Under the pieces are notes generated by a model. It saw nothing but the letters and a program-made list of their open reading frames with translations, was not told the origin of the DNA and ran no database searches. 64,000 nt of DNA from a virus (Duplodnaviria; Caudoviricetes): positions 71,186 to 135,185 of the IMG/VR virus record IMGVR_UViG_3300028797_002668; one strand, 5' to 3'. The first letter of the stretch is position 1; every line of letters begins with the position of its first letter. Of this stretch, positions 63,601 to 64,000 are shown in pieces. Both the position numbers and the translations under genes were made by a program.

Positions 63601-64000
63601 CTGGCATCTACTGGATTCCGCCTAGCGGTTACGACCAAGCTCCGGTTCCTTCTGCTTGGGGTACCAAGGAAAAGTTCCAGCGTACCTACAACTCCGAAGA
63701 CAAGAACTGCGACGTTGGTAAGCTCAGCGACATCCACGTCAACGCAACTCGTGTGAACCGCGAAGGTATGTTCATCTGGGGTGACTACACTCTCCAGATG
63801 GAAGACACTGCCTTCAACCAAGCACACGTCGCAATGCTCGTGGCTGGCATCCACAAGACGTTCTACAAGTATCTCGACCACAAGGTCTTCCGCTTGAACA
63901 CGACCAACCTTCGTGCTCAGATTACGTCTGACCTTCAGGATAAGCTCAACATGATTAAGCGTTCTAATCCGGCTGGCTTGATTGACGGCGTCGTGATTTG
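60648..64000 (+). CDS. 18: Contractile tail sheath protein, T4 gp18 homologue; more than 1117 aa, truncated at the window end and absent from the ORF track
   Basis: N-terminus MGTKMGFPPGVRIQLRD..AGIVGFASKG; C-terminal WIPPSG, WGDYTLQ..AFNQAHV..LNTTNLRAQI in the same frame (spot-checked); GAGG RBS. Confidence 0.9.
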   Translation, partial: MGTKMGFPPGVRIQLRDNSGYSVVENPATTAGIVGFASKGELNKIIQVNTTAEQDAKLGYGYQSYKYNQGMYAARAVLDAGGVVEFVRPYGEEIDRTDPRKRDLKTDAFVVAFDKNAGQYAQKDKRDSFKIEHFAATRFKTDGAAAYGVKRKINNIAEAVVSGSNVDFGLTAAEDYADSEKSRKWDGEHCTDMVLFSILNRDPSYAYRAYDRFEVVGTPQYQDNSTVEVTLASNPTFVIGDKVLLPASGGRNNIDLTATVTDILDDHKVELKIDEPPSSGNQFFTSVIFSPDKASAIEDGFDYMTIKTAVAGQGVKKFDAIQWGVQRDNNNANFVTFNPSSIKIGSSFMFKNRQGNLEEIRLWMSTPVTVNVAVDTDTLTIPATDMQFVEGDVLSFKMGDVLYSDLVVKTVDDNGAAVVDSPFTQSEPASISVQLTITECSEDVLYADITDANSWTDVANAVVKVMNSSKLGFAKNAVTNDINSASGNKFIVDPNAAFDYAIGDKVVVVLGSDESIPDASIVDAVLSTKLEVTDVNTFNGEITVNAAHGVVMTPGVRLQLLNLSTTSATAYNAVTSVNGVEDGSQTDISITVPANQTDGTASCALENGYDRVVVSTTYANAVVSWSNNTITVSFDNESDQPRTVTVKATQQRDVVIDVVTTYIVSSYTMYVSSADQKLEVINNDELSEITSKKDVWNIDVEKSKKVLADSDIGATFLGLGLAKTDYIDVDFDNNPHQVYVLTDEGATIARMYLSIRYRFNGKVYEFDGTIVPYSTSTKVQLGIKYSADYELTDSGLEFVMNDSGVLDYFLENSSYDLSQSLVGGTLNGSVMAIAYNQEDPAIKNDAVWTYNPLNNRSGSTLSTVWNLFLNKDGSDVDMLVSAGMAINNPFMNKIETLNTQVMQAMLNVCEARKDCFAIFDGVSEPDITKALKKDIAATGFVSNLGRWGMLYDGRGLVHDSVYTNGEAEIMKSVQLASIITGNRQSGIYWIPPSGYDQAPVPSAWGTKEKFQRTYNSEDKNCDVGKLSDIHVNATRVNREGMFIWGDYTLQMEDTAFNQAHVAMLVAGIHKTFYKYLDHKVFRLNTTNLRAQITSDLQDKLNMIKRSNPAGLIDGVVI

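Noticed and set aside
60576-63881. Minus-strand and short ORFs listed over the last 3.4 kb
   Set aside because: Shadows of the tail sheath gene, which the track missed because it has no stop codon in the window
1-64000. Stop-codon reassignment
   Set aside because: Core genes are full length in the standard code and end in TAA, TAG or TGA; coding density is high

Overview
This 64 kb window is from a large (jumbo-type) T4-related myophage genome; no rRNA, tRNA or CRISPR array was seen. It carries a near-complete, divergent T4-type replication/recombination set: gp46/SbcC, RNase H, UvsW, UvsX, gp41 helicase, gp32 SSB, gp61 primase, gp45 clamp, gp43 family-B polymerase and the gp44/gp62 clamp loader. 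These genes are interleaved on both strands with probable virion genes: an enlarged gp18 tail sheath running off the right edge (missing from the ORF track), a gp25-domain fusion, a 1567-aa protein with a degenerate M15 peptidase domain, and many acidic proteins with L/I-x-E motifs. Three recurring upstream motifs can be read from the sequence: (T/G/C)ATAAACT before structural-type genes, TTGCAA-TTCAAA-N11-TAnnnT before replisome genes, and TTGAACTA(G/A)TTTA. Most unusual elements: (1) a stand-alone family-A/T7-like polymerase beside a 456-bp intergenic region with a perfect 25-bp direct repeat and many hairpins; (2) a tnpB-only IS200/IS605 element with a Q-D-E RuvC-II motif, two left-end hairpins and a predicted guide containing the late-promoter motif; (3) two glycosyltransferase fusions inside replication operons; (4) a second, DnaN-like clamp whose ribosome-binding site is hidden in a hairpin. 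All protein calls are from motif recognition by eye, with no database searches.
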